This document shows, piece after piece, positions 1-11,218 of a stretch of DNA of 64,000 nucleotides. Both the position numbers and the translations under genes were made by a program. The DNA lies in IMG/VR virus record IMGVR_UViG_3300024272_000072; one strand, given 5' to 3'. Position 1 is the stretch's first letter. Every line of letters begins with the position of its first letter. The notes beneath the pieces are model-generated. The model saw only the letters and a list, made by a program, of their open reading frames with translations, was not told where the DNA came from and made no database searches. The stretch is from an uncultured virus (IMG/VR IMGVR_UViG_3300024272_000072) (Duplodnaviria > Heunggongvirae > Uroviricota > Caudoviricetes).

Positions 1-2
1 TC

Positions 3-1040
3 GACAAATTCGTTACAGAAAATGATTGTTATGTGCGTGCAATGAGTTTGTGAACATCACCAAGATGAAAGAATTATACAGCACCAGATTGAAAATTCAG
101 ACCAGATTTATTGATATTTGATGATGTGGACACGGTGCAAAGTTGCCAAAGCCGTAAAAAAATTGACAAAAACTTTGAATTCATGTTAAACGAAGTATTG
201 GGTGGAACAACGGGAGCAACACAGATAATATTTTTATGAAATACGATATATGAAGATTGAATCGTGCCAAGGTTTGAAGAACATATAAAGAACGATCCAA
301 CATGGGAAATTATAAACTTGCCAATATACGATGAACATAAAAATATTGTTTGGAATAGATTTGTGGAAACGGACGCAGAAGCGGAAAAATTAAATAAATG
401 AATCCGTGAAATTGCGAAAAAATATGTTTCATTGGAAACGGAACGCAGAAGACTTGGAAGCATAAGTTTCAATCAGAATTACTTATTAATTCCATATATG
501 AATTGACAGCATATAATAACAAGGGATATGATACAGCGGGATCATAATTGCAAGGGTTATAAATATGATTCAATTGTAATTGGTGTTGATCCAGCAGTAA
601 GTGAAAAAGAAGGAACAGATAAATTCGCAATATGTGTAACATGAAAATTACAAGACAGATATTACATATTAGAAAGTGTGGGATTAGAAGGAATGGAAAA
701 AAATATTTGAAGAGCGAGCGAAACAGTGAAAAACTTATACAATAAACGAAAAGCAAAAAGGGTGATTGTTGAAACTGTTGCATATCAGCAAGTATTAAAA
801 ACAGTATTTGCGAACATGTGAATGGCGGTGCAAGAGCAAAAAACAATAAAAGATAAAACAACAAGATTAATGGAAAAGCAAATATTATTTGAAGAATGAC
901 GTGTTTATTTCGCGCCATGAAACGACGAATTAATTGACGAATTATTAACGTTTCCAAATGCGGAACATGACGATATGGTGGATTCAATGTTATTTACAAT
1001 GCAAGAAACAAGGAACAAGTTTTTTATTGCTTCATTCTAA
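3..1040 (+). CDS. terL: Terminase large subunit, 3' part (5' truncated by window)
   Basis: With TGA=Gly one open frame: RPDLLIFDDVD Walker B, IGVDPAVS nuclease motif, FPNAEHDDMVD C-terminal motif. Confidence 0.9.
117..382 (+). repeat. 266-bp exact direct repeat, copy 1 (inside terL)
   Basis: Base-by-base identical to 33210-33475; flanks diverge at synonymous positions. Confidence 0.9.
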
Positions 1041-1048
1041 AAAACCAA

Positions 1049-1276
1049 ATGCAAAAAAATAAAGATTATAATAAACAAGAGAAACCATGGGATTCATTCC
1101 GCAGTGCGGGGTTGGAGCTATTGGGTGCGGAAAGATTGGTGTTGGAATTTTTGCACCATAACACCATGCAAGACGAACAAATACGCCCAACGACAAAAAT
1201 AACATTGTATGAATTCCGGAAATATCTTGAAGAAAAAAAAGACACATTGGACGAATACTTTGAAGACCAGCTTTAA
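1049..1276 (+). CDS. Hypothetical protein (homolog at 34145-34399)
   Basis: TTKITLYEFRKYL vs TTEITMFEFRKYI in phage B. Confidence 0.6.
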   Translation: MQKNKDYNKQEKPWDSFRSAGLELLGAERLVLEFLHHNTMQDEQIRPTTKITLYEFRKYLEEKKDTLDEYFEDQL

Positions 1277-1291
1277 AAATTAAACATATAA

Positions 1292-1477
1292 ATGGAAGAA
1301 AAAGAAATTCAAAACAAATGCCGTGCATGTTGAAAGTATATCAGAAAAGAAAATTTATGGTGTATGGAATGCAGAGAAAAGGTGGATAAAGATTTCATGA
1401 AAGAGACGGATTACGGGTTCGATTATCATTTCAGATATTACCAACAGCACAAAGAAGAATACAAAAAATGTTTTTAA
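1292..1477 (+). CDS. Small putative zinc-binding protein
   Basis: CRAC...CMEC with TGA read-through. Confidence 0.5.
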
Positions 1478-1495
1478 TTCTTAATCATATATATT

Positions 1496-1858
1496 ATGAC
1501 AGAAAAAAGAGAATTCAACGGTGAAACACAATTTACGAAATTGTGAGACAACCAATTCAAGGTTGAAAAAGACACGCATGCCGTTTCAGAAATAAATGCG
1601 TTGGATCAGTTTAAATTGCTTGCAGACGCAATGAATAAAATCAAAAGCATGATACAGCAAGCAAAAACAATGCAAGATTCAGTAAAACAACACGTTGATT
1701 GGTATAATACACGGGTTGAAATATTGAATAAAGCAAAAAAGGAGTGCGGATTCGATTATAAAGATTTGGTTGCAATTGACATGAAAGACCTTGAAAATCT
1801 TATAACATGCGATCCAACAAAATTGCCAAAAATAGACCTTGAAAAGGAAGAAAAATAA
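1496..1858 (+). CDS. Hypothetical coiled-coil protein (homolog at 34430-34780)
   Basis: Open frame; shared AKxxCG...PKID pattern with phage B. Confidence 0.6.
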
Positions 1859-1984
1859 ATTATTAATTAATTACCAATACGAGCTTGTGCCTCTTAACAA
1901 TGCAAAAAGAAAGCTCGTTTTTTTATTTGAAAAATTTCTCATATTATATATAAGAGAATCAATTTACTTATTAACACTTGCAAC

Positions 1985-2566
1985 ATGAAAAAAACAAGTT
2001 TATTATTAATTGCAATTTTCGTAATGACATTATGCGGTTGCCAAAGTGAACCAGCGCAACAATTAACAACAGAAAATGAAACATTAAAAGAAGTAACCAC
2101 GGAAAAACAAGAAGCAAAAGAACAAAAAGAAGAAATTGTTTATTTGGACGACGAAAACGCCGGATTTGTTCAAGGTGATATTGTTCGAGCACCAATGAGC
2201 GTTGAAGAAGCGGACACGTTGAAAAGTAAAAATAAACATTCGGAAGATTTGGTTGCTTGAAATTTCTCAAAATATTTAATTGTTGAAATTGCCGTTGTAA
2301 ATCAAGGAACAGAAAAAGCAATGTGGTTTTCGAGCGATGTTTCGGAAGTTATAGATTCCAAAGGAAGAAAATATAACGTATTGAGCGAAGCAACAAGCGA
2401 AATATATTTGGACGATTTAATAACATTTGTTGATTTAAAACCTTCAATTCCAGTTGTTTGAAAAGTTGTTTATGAAGTTGCCAAAGATTCCGAAGGGTTT
2501 TATTATGAAACGGAAGATAAAACATTCAAAGTTATGTTGCAAAACCGCAATGAAAATAACGAATAA
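1985..2566 (+). CDS. Lipoprotein, DUF4352-like; possible superinfection-exclusion moron
   Basis: Signal peptide with LCGC lipobox; YLIVEIAVVNQG...IDSKGRKY...LKPSIPVVGKVVYEV pattern; own terminator downstream; absent at this locus in phage B. Confidence 0.6.
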
Positions 2567-2592
2567 AATTTAATAAATTTTTGTAAATTATA

Positions 2593-2621
2593 AAAGCACC
2601 GTTTAAAAGCGGTGTTTTTTG
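2593..2621 (+). terminator. Intrinsic terminator
   Basis: GCACCGTT-loop-AGCGGTGT followed by a T run. Confidence 0.6.
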
Positions 2622-2629
2622 TTTAATTT

Positions 2630-2662
2630 CAAGCTTTGATATTTTACATTCGTGATTATAAT
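2630..2662 (+). promoter_or_regulatory. Putative late promoter (head operon), phage A
   Basis: CAAGCTTTGATATTTT-N5-CGTGATTATAAT; near-identical copy at 19034-19066. Confidence 0.55.
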
Positions 2663-2691
2663 GCATTGTGTTTAAATGGAAATAATCATGC

Positions 2692-3921
2692 ATGAAAATT
2701 TTCAACCGGAATATTTCAAGAATCAATAAAAAGAGCATTGCAAAGAATTATTGATTGGATTTGTCTTTGTTATTCAATAACGATGTTGTTTTTTCAAAAC
2801 AAACATTTTACGATCTATACGCAAAAAACGGTGATATTCGCCAAGCCGTAAAGAAAATTGCCGGAAGTGTTGCGAGAAATTGAATATATTTACAAGACAA
2901 CGACAGACAAACCGTTGACGATAATGTTTTAACGGATCAAGTTTCAGATTTATTTAAAGCTCCAACATTTGCAAAGTTCAAAATTGATTTATACAGAAAT
3001 TATTTAATTTCATGAGAATTATATATTAAACCATTGAAGAATGCTTTTGATGAAACGATCAGATTTGACGTTATAGATTCAAGAGCAGTTACAAAAATAA
3101 TTAGTAATGGTGTTATTACATGATACAGAGTGGTTGAAAAAGACGGTGTAAAAATTCAAGAATATAAAGCCGATGAAATCGCATATTTCAAATATGAAAA
3201 CGATATAAACAATTCGTTAAATGGAATGTGAATTTTAACGAGCGTATTATATGACGCGGTGTTGGATTTGGAAGCATTGAAAACGAATTACAGTTTATAC
3301 AAGAACAGTGCAAGACCAGATATGTTGTTATTGCTTGACGGAAATTTAAGCGAAGAAGAACAACAAATCGCAACGGATAAATTTAGAGCACAATTTACAT
3401 GAAGCAACAACGCACATAAAGTTATTGTTGGGGGCGGAATTCAAGATATTAAAACACTTTCATTGACCGCAAGGGACATGGAAACAATAAGCCAAAGGAA
3501 ATTAACAACGGAAAAAATAAGTGCAACGTTTGGAGTTCCAAAAGCGATGTTATGATATGTTGAAGATGTAAATTATAATAATGGACAAAACCAAAAGGAA
3601 GAGTTTTTGGAAGGAACAATAAAACCATTCGAGCAAGATTTCGACGCAATATTGAATAAATTATTGCAAATGTTCAAGCCGGATATATTCAACAAATATT
3701 GGATAAAATCAGATTCCGAACAATTAAAGGAAACGCAAGAATGGTTGAATGGACAAAGGGCGGACGTGTTGGCGTGAATAATAACAATAAACGAAGCAAG
3801 GGTTGACAGATGATTGGAAAAGGTGGAAGATGAAAACGCCGACAAATTAATTACTTCAAGAAATCAAGTATTATTGGAAGATATAGCATTGGACGCAGTT
3901 TTACCATGAGATGAAATATAA
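2692..3921 (+). CDS. Portal protein, HK97 family
   Basis: NGMGILTS, YKNSARPD, GSNNAHKVIVG, ISATFGVPKAMLG, GIITINEAR motifs. Confidence 0.9.
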
Positions 3922-3924
3922 AAA

Positions 3925-4746
3925 ATGCTTTCGCAAGATTACAGAAATTTATTACGCAAGGAATCGAAAATATACACGATTATTCAAAAATCGTTTAAGA
4001 AGCAAAGAAAGTATTTGGAAGAACACGTTCAAGACTTATACGAAAACCACATATACTTGATAGCAACAGAATATAATGTGTTACAAAATGAAAATGTGAA
4101 TTTATATCCGAAAAAAGACCGACAAAATGAAATACGGGGCGACGAACCATTAAGCGGATTTCGGAGAGCAATGGGAATAATGGATTTAATAAACGATTTG
4201 GAATTACCTTTGGAGAAAGTATTCGAGCGTGGTTATAAAACATCATACAGAAAATTTGCAAGGTTATTAAGTGAAAATGCAATCGAATATTATCCAAATT
4301 TGCCAAGTGAATATGCAAATAAATGGTGAGATTTACAGCTTTCAAATTATAAAGGAACAATAAGTTATACAACGAAATGGGACGTAATAAATATATTAAA
4401 GAATGGAATTGATAATCATGAATCATGGGGAACAATACAACGCCAAATATTCGCATTGGACGACAAATTGTTTGGGTTACCACGTGCAAGAGCAATCGCA
4501 GTAACGGAAACAGCCAAGGCGTATGAATACGGAAACAGACAACCAATTCAAGCATTGCAAGACGCATGAATTGAAATGGAAAAGAAACGGTTGACCGTAT
4601 GAGACGAGCGTGTAAGACCGGAACATATGGAATGCGAAGAAGAAGGGCGAGTTCCAATTGATTATGAATATCCAAGTGTTTGAGTTGATATGCCACCATG
4701 ATGAGTCAATTGCCGTTGCACCTTGCAATACCAAAGAAAGAGATAA
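3925..4746 (+). CDS. Head morphogenesis protein (SPP1 gp7/MuF-like)
   Basis: RARAIAVTETAKAY, KKWLTVGDERVRPEH, PPGGVNCRC (needs CGG=Trp, TGA=Gly). Confidence 0.85.
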
Positions 4747-4770
4747 ATTTTATTCATTAATATTTACCAA

Positions 4771-6024
4771 ATGAAATTTAAACTTATCAAGGACAAAGAG
4801 TTCTTTCAAATCGTATGTGATCAGAAATCAGTAAAAGAAATCACAGACGGAGAAACCAAAGCATATGAAATAGAATGATATGCTTCAACAAAAGACAAGG
4901 ATCGTATGAATGATGTTGTTGAACCAACAGCATTTGAAGAAACTTTAAAGCAATACATGACAAATCCAATTGTTTTGTTGCAACATGATATGGACAAACC
5001 AATTGGAACAGTTACGGAAGCGAGTATTGACGAAAAAGGGTTATTCATAAAAGCCAAAATAACGGAAGATACGGACGGCGTATTTTCAAAATTGAAAAAT
5101 GGTGTATTAAGAACATTTTCAATCGGTTATTCAGTAAAAGATTATGAAACAATCGAAAATGTGGATTCCGAAGGAAATTACAGTTACACAAATATTATTA
5201 AAATGCTTGAATTATTTGAAATTTCTCTTGTTTCAGTTCCAGCAAATCCATTTGCTTTGGTAAAAAGTTTTGATTCATGCTTTAAAGCGGAAGAAGAAAT
5301 CGAAACCAAAGAAGAAAACGTTGAAGAAACACCAGTTGAGAATGAAACAGAAAGTGAAACAAGCGAAGTTGAAGAAGAAAGCCAAGAGAATGTTCAAGAA
5401 GAAGAAAAAACGGAAGAAAACGAAAACGCTGAAGCCAGCGAAAAGGTGGAAGACGAAGAAAAAGAAGAAGTTGAAGAAGAAATAAAGGAAGAAAGCGAAG
5501 AAGAAACAAAGGAAATTGAAGAAAAAACGGAAGAAATCCCAAACGAAGAAGTGGAAACGCAAGAGACTTGCGAAGAAGAAGCCGAGAAAGTGGAAGATAA
5601 CGAAAAAGCAGATGAAAATTCTGAAATATCAACGGATTGCGATTGCGACAATTCTGAAAATGTTGCTGAAAATGTAACAGACGATGAAAACGTTGGTGAA
5701 ACAAACAACGAAGAAGTTGTTGAAGCGAGCAAATCAATAAATGTTGAAACGAAAGGTTTGGAAATTGCTGAATTCAAATCTTTTGTTAAATCAACCAATG
5801 ACAAATTGGCTGAAAAAGACGAGCAAATCAAGAAATTACAACAACAATTAAACGATCATCAAGAATTGATGAAAAGTGCAATTGAAGTTATGGTTCAACT
5901 TGACCACGCCGTAAAAAATACAGCAATTCAATCATGAAGTTCTTATCAAGCACCAGCAACAAAGAACACATGACCATATGGGAAAGTTGCAGATTTAATT
6001 AAAAAGGTGCAACAATCCAAATAA
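4771..6024 (+). CDS. Prohead protease (HK97 family) fused to acidic and coiled-coil scaffold-like tail
   Basis: IEGYAST-DKDR, LLQHD, FSIGY, ELFEISLVSVPANP; Glu-rich C-terminal half. Confidence 0.9.
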
Positions 6025-6053
6025 TTATTTTAAATCATTAATATTTTACAAAC

Positions 6054-7130
6054 ATGAATATTAAAGAATTAGTTTTGAAAGCAAAAGAGCTTTCATGAAT
6101 CGAAGTAAAAGAAGAAGTTGTTGAGGAAACAAAAGCCAATGAAGTTATGCATACAACAAACACAGCTTTTTGAGCAGAATTAATCCCAACAAACGTTGTT
6201 CTTGATCCAGCTTTGGATTTATTACCAAAGTATTCTTCATTATTAAACTTGTTACCATGAAATCATGGAAACAATATGCCAGTAAGTGCAAAAGTTCCAG
6301 TAATTGGAGAAGCTGATTTATTCAGTGGAAACAGCGAATGGACAACTGGTGCATATTCTGTTACACCAGCTAAAAATTGACCAGCAACTGGTGATGTAAC
6401 AATCACACAATGACAATTCATATTCGACATTGCTCTTTCTTATAGAGAAGTTGAATATTCTGTTGTTGATGTTGAAGCGATAATTAGAGATAGAATCAAC
6501 AGAGCAGCCGCAAGAACAATCGACGCAGTTATTATTAACGCCGACGATACAGCTTCTTGAAGCGGAAATGTAAACGGAACATATTCAGGAAATCCATATT
6601 TCACACAGCAAGACAACTGAATAAGAATGGTTGGAATTGCAAATACTGGAGTTTCTGTTGGAACATTTACAAGTGCTTCATTACTTGCAGTTAAAAACGT
6701 AATTGACGCATGATACCAAGCAGATTTATCAAATCTTTTGTATATTATGCCAGCTAACGTTTACAACAAGACACTTGCATTAAGCGAAGTTATCACAATG
6801 GATAAATTCTGACCAAATGCAACTGTTGTAACTGGTGTATTAGCAAAAGCATTCGGAATTGATGTTTTGGTTGCAAGAGATTGGCCAGCATTAACAAATA
6901 CAAGTGGACTTGTTGACGCAACAGCCGCTAACAACACAAAAGGATCATTCGCTTGTATTTATAAACCAGCAGTTCAATATGGATTTGGACAACCATTAAA
7001 GCTTTACTTAACTGAATGCCCAGGAAAGTGATATATAATCACAGCAACAATGGAATTCGGTTTTGCAATTGCTGACGGTGTTGCATGACTTGGAAATACT
7101 GTTGGAATCTGAATTAATATGACAGTTTAA
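6054..7130 (+). CDS. Major capsid protein (HK97 fold)
   Basis: Position after protease; GAELIP motif; 358 aa; strongly conserved with 38294-39394. Confidence 0.8.
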
Positions 7131-7157
7131 TTTGTTATTAGAGATTCAAAATAAATT

Positions 7158-7217
7158 CTTCACATCATGAAGGGGGGCGGTTGTCGGTTATAACGATGAA
7201 CCGTCTCCTATGTGGAG
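7158..7217 (+). promoter_or_regulatory. Long GC-rich hairpin after the capsid gene (attenuator or mRNA stabiliser)
   Basis: CTTCACAT..AGGGGGGCGGTT pairs with AACCGTCTCCT-ATGTGGAG; phage B has a different hairpin at 39410-39438. Confidence 0.5.
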
Positions 7218-7245
7218 AGCTTTATAACTTTATTATGCAATAATC

Positions 7246-7446
7246 ATGACAAAGAAATTAAAAAATATTTCAAAAGAAACACAGCTTGTTGACGGGGAAG
7301 AAATAAAAGCATGAGCAACTTTTGAAACAGTGCATTATGCGAGCATATTAAGAAATTATCCAAATTTATTCGAGTTGGTGGAAGAAAAGGAAGAAGTGAA
7401 GGAAGAAAAGGAAGAAAAACCAGCAAAGAAAACAACCAAAAAATAA
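7246..7446 (+). CDS. Small post-capsid protein (homolog 39467-39676)
   Basis: Open frame; QLVDGEEIKAG vs ELVDGQIVKKG. Confidence 0.55.
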
Positions 7447-7473
7447 TCAATTTACTAAATATACTGAAAAACA

Positions 7474-8091
7474 ATGTATTCAAGTTTATCACAATTTAAA
7501 GATTATATCGGAATTGCACAAAGTGATACAAGCCAAGATGAAATGTTGACTTTGTTATTAAGCAGTGCATGCGAACAAATAAACCATTTATGCGGTGTTG
7601 ATTCTTTTGATCAAGACACGTATGAAGAACAAATTGACGCAAGAAAAATTTATGTAAATTCATTTTGATATAATATTTTTGTGAAAAATAAGCCAGTTTC
7701 ATCAATTGATGAAATAGACGGCAAAACATACAGCGGAGTAAAAGGGGTTGATTATATGGTTGCAAGCCAAAGGAGAATAATTTTTAAAGAGTTCGATTCG
7801 GATTGTAAATTCGGTTTCGTAACAATTAAATATACAGCTTGATACGATAGAGCAAAACCTATTGAATGAAGCGACCAAACCGAAGATACTTTACCGGACG
7901 ATTTGAAATTAATGGAAATGATGTTGGCGAGTGGAAGATACCAGCAAAAATGAAACGAAGGAATATCAAGTTATAGGTTGGGTGACGAACAAATCGTTTT
8001 TGGTGGAAGAAATGGAGAAAGTGCGGACGATATGTTTTTTTCATTCAGAATTATGCTTGATAAATATAAAAACTTTAATTTAGCAATATAA
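7474..8091 (+). CDS. Head-tail connector/adaptor (gp6/gp15-like)
   Basis: YSSLSQFKDYIGI...D.ML.LLL, IKYTAGY, LPDDLK motifs. Confidence 0.75.
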
Positions 8092-8100
8092 AAGGTTGTA

Positions 8101-8415
8101 ATGATTTTATATAACAAAACGGCGACAAAATACGGATATACAAGGGGAAGCAACGGAATATCAACATATGGAGAAACCGGTGTTTCGTTTCCATGTAATG
8201 TGCAACCATTAACAACGCAAGAATTCATATCCGCATGATTCGACAGCTCAATGGTATATAAAGTATACAGATTATATTGCGAATATTCGGGGGTTGTTGT
8301 TGGTGATAAATTAAGCATTGATTGAACCACATATATTGTAAAATCCGTTCAAAGGTGGGACGGTTTGAAAAGGAAATTTTACAAATTAACGATTTCAGAA
8401 AGCGAATGAGCGTAA
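8101..8415 (+). CDS. Head closure protein
   Basis: Synteny; FPCNVQP, VGDKLSIDGTTYIV. Confidence 0.6.
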
Positions 8416-8756
8416 CATGGGGCGGTGATATAGAAAAATTAATGGAAGTGGACGAAAGATTAAACGCCACAATTCAGATAATTTTAACAGATGTTGCATT
8501 GGAAATTTCAAACAATGCGAAGGAAAACGCACCATATTTGACATGAGCTTTAAGAAGAAGTATTGCACCGGATTTCAATTCAATAAAAAAATGATTTTCG
8601 GTTGTATGATCACCTTTGAAATATGCAAGTGTAAGGGAATTTGTGAACTATAAAAATCCACAAACAAGATATTATTTGGAAAGGGCTTTTACGGAGCACG
8701 AATGAGAAATTACAAATATTATTTTGGAAGATTTAAACATTAATTTGAAAAAATAA
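8406..8756 (+). CDS. HK97 gp10-like tail-completion protein
   Basis: AKENAPYLTGALRRSI, VGSPLKYASVRE, YYLERA motifs. Confidence 0.7.
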
Positions 8757-9208
8757 TGACAGAAACAACCACATATTCATTTAAACAAATTGGGGATACA
8801 ATATATAATAAAATGCTTGAAATTACAACATGAGAAAATGCAAGAATTTGAGCAGTTTATAACCATGACATAAAAATTGAAAATTGAATAAGTTTTCCGG
8901 CAATTATCATTACTCCGGACAATGGAAACATAAGATATCTTGATTCTTGCAGTTACGAATCAGAAATTAATTTTACAGTAAGATTAATTGACAGAATTCA
9001 AGACAGCATTTCAACCGTGGAAGAAAACATGAGAGCGGTTGCAGATATAATGATCCAAAAATTAAAAGAAATTGAATCTATTGTGTGGAATAATGACGAT
9101 TGATACACTGTAAAATGTATGTTTACATATAACTGGTGATTTGCAGATACGCAAGAACCAATGAGAGTGTTTAATGTAAATTGTGCATTTACCAGTGTTT
9201 CAAAATAA
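8756..9208 (+). CDS. Tail terminator protein
   Basis: Synteny; FPAIIITP; homolog 41010-41453. Confidence 0.55.
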
Positions 9209-9232
9209 TTTATCTCTTTATACAATACAAAC

Positions 9233-9427
9233 ATGGCATGCAAATGATGTAAAGAAAAAAAACCGGAAATCGAACAACACGTAAGTATTGTGATTGATAA
9301 CGGTATAAGAAAATATTCATTTCCAAAGTGGGGTTTAATTGTGGAATGAAAAACAATGCTTGAAGCATTAGAGAAAGCAAGGGAAATCATGAAGAATAGG
9401 GAAAATTCTGAATGAGAAAAAGAATAA
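9233..9427 (+). CDS. Small CxxC protein (homolog 41477-41653)
   Basis: MACKGCK...YSFPKWGLIVEG. Confidence 0.5.
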
Positions 9428-9455
9428 TTATTTTAATTCATTACCAATTTAAAAA

Positions 9456-10598
9456 ATGGCATACATTGGAAGATTATCAGCAATTTGACTTGGAAAAGAA
9501 ACAACAAGGGGGACAGCAGTTCAACCAGTTGTTTGGATTCCAAAAGAAAGCGGGGTTTTAAATCCAAGCCTTGAAAGTGCAACAGACGAATCATGATATG
9601 GTGTAATTGACGGGGTTTACGATTCATTTACAACCAAAAATTCTTCAAACTTATCTTTGAGCGGTGTTGCAAGGGATAATTCACTTTGATATTTATTTCT
9701 TGGTGCTTTGTGAAAATACACAAAATTATATTGTGTAACTGGAACGCCAAGCGGTGGAACACCAGCAAGGGGTGACATACTTTCTTGAAATGGTGCAGTA
9801 TTAAAGAAAATAATTGTTATCGGAACAACAACTTATTATTTCTTTGATAAAGCAACAAGCGGAAGCGTTGGAAACGGAACATGGACAATGACAGTAACAG
9901 CCGTAAATATTAACGCACATTTCTTTGAAGTATTACAAAGCAATTCACACCCAACGTTTACACTTTACGATGATGATCCAGTTGCTTGAAGTTATGCTCC
10001 ATATTGTATGATTAATTCGTTTGAATTATCATGCGAAGTTGCGGATTATGTAAAATTCACAGCAGAGTTTATGTGAAAACAAATGCAAGCAATACAAGGA
10101 AGCGTAACGCCAGCATATGCAACAGAAAACGCATTTACAGCAAGCATGGCGGGTGTAAGGTTCGCAAGTGATGAAAGTGGTTTGAATAGTGCAAGTGAGC
10201 AATGCATGCAGAATTTCAGACTTTCAATTAATAAGAATTTAACAGATATTCAGTGTTTTGGTGACACAGATGTTGCAGATATATATAACCAACAATTCGG
10301 AATCGAAGGAGACTTTGAAGCCGTTTATGAATCAACAACATTGCGTGATTACGTGTTAAATTCACAGAAAAAAGCAATGAGATTTTATGCAGTAAATGGA
10401 AACGCAACAGCATTGGCAACATGAATTTATCCTTCAATCTATATTGATTTAATGAAGGTTGGAATGAATGAATGGAGTAAATCAGACGGAAACGATGAAA
10501 TAATCAAACAAACAATGGGATATACTGGACAATACAACAATGATGACGGTTGCTCAATCGAAATCTTGTTATTAAATAACAATTCAACTGGATATTAA
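9456..10598 (+). CDS. Major tail tube protein
   Basis: YIGRLSAIGLGKETTRGTAV N-terminus typical of tail tubes; upstream of chaperone and tape measure. Confidence 0.75.
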
Positions 10599-10605
10599 TA
10601 TATCC

Positions 10606-10684
10606 ACGTGCTTGCAGTTTTTCCTTGTTTCTCTGTAAGCACGTATTTCAAAACAAGGAATTTTAACTTATAAACAAGGAAAAC
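10606..10684 (+). promoter_or_regulatory. Hairpin/pseudoknot in the tail-chaperone leader
   Basis: 12-bp stem ACGTGCTTGCAG/CTGTAAGCACGT; loop TTTTCCTTGTTT complementary to AAACAAGGAAAA just before the ATG. Confidence 0.6.
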
Positions 10685-10975
10685 ATGAAAGTTACAATTA
10701 ATGGAAACGAAAAAGAAGTTATCGTTTCAACAACTTATACAAGAAAAATTGACCGTGGTTACAACGACATAATTCTTGAATGAGTAAAAGCGAATCCGTC
10801 GCAATTAGAAAACATGAATATTGAAATTGATGTTACAAGAGCGCAAAAAGCAAATGATTTTTTGATTACAGAAATGACAAATTTAACAGCGGAAGAATTG
10901 GAAAATATGAATATGGACGATTACAATGCAGTATTGCAAGAAGTGCTAAAAGTAAAAATACCCAGTGAAAAATAA
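10685..10975 (+). CDS. Tail assembly chaperone (G-like)
   Basis: Between tail tube and tape measure; homolog 42912-43199. Confidence 0.7.
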
Positions 10976-11216
10976 TTTAATACTGGAACAATTTTGAAAA
11001 ACTTTGAGAACATGACACGGATTAACAAAAGAACACCGCGATTATATTCTCATTAAAGAATTATATCATTGCAAGCCGTCAGATTTGGACAATGAAGACG
11101 AGCACGTATTGGATTTACACTTTGCAATGATCCAAGAAGAAAGGAAACGGGAGCATATCCAAAATAAGAGAATGGAACAAAAAACAAGGGTTGTTTCATC
11201 ACATAATAAGCAATAA
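10962..11216 (+). CDS. Chaperone extension (T-like), probably reached by +1 frameshift
   Basis: Overlapping +1 frame; QF.KTLR.G..TKEHRD..LIKELYHC conserved in phage B. Confidence 0.6.
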
Positions 11217-11218
11217 AC

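Noticed and set aside
5290..5730. GAAGAA-rich repeats and Lys- or Phe-rich overlapping ORFs (also 37465-37990)
   Set aside because: Low-complexity Glu-rich linker of the protease-scaffold
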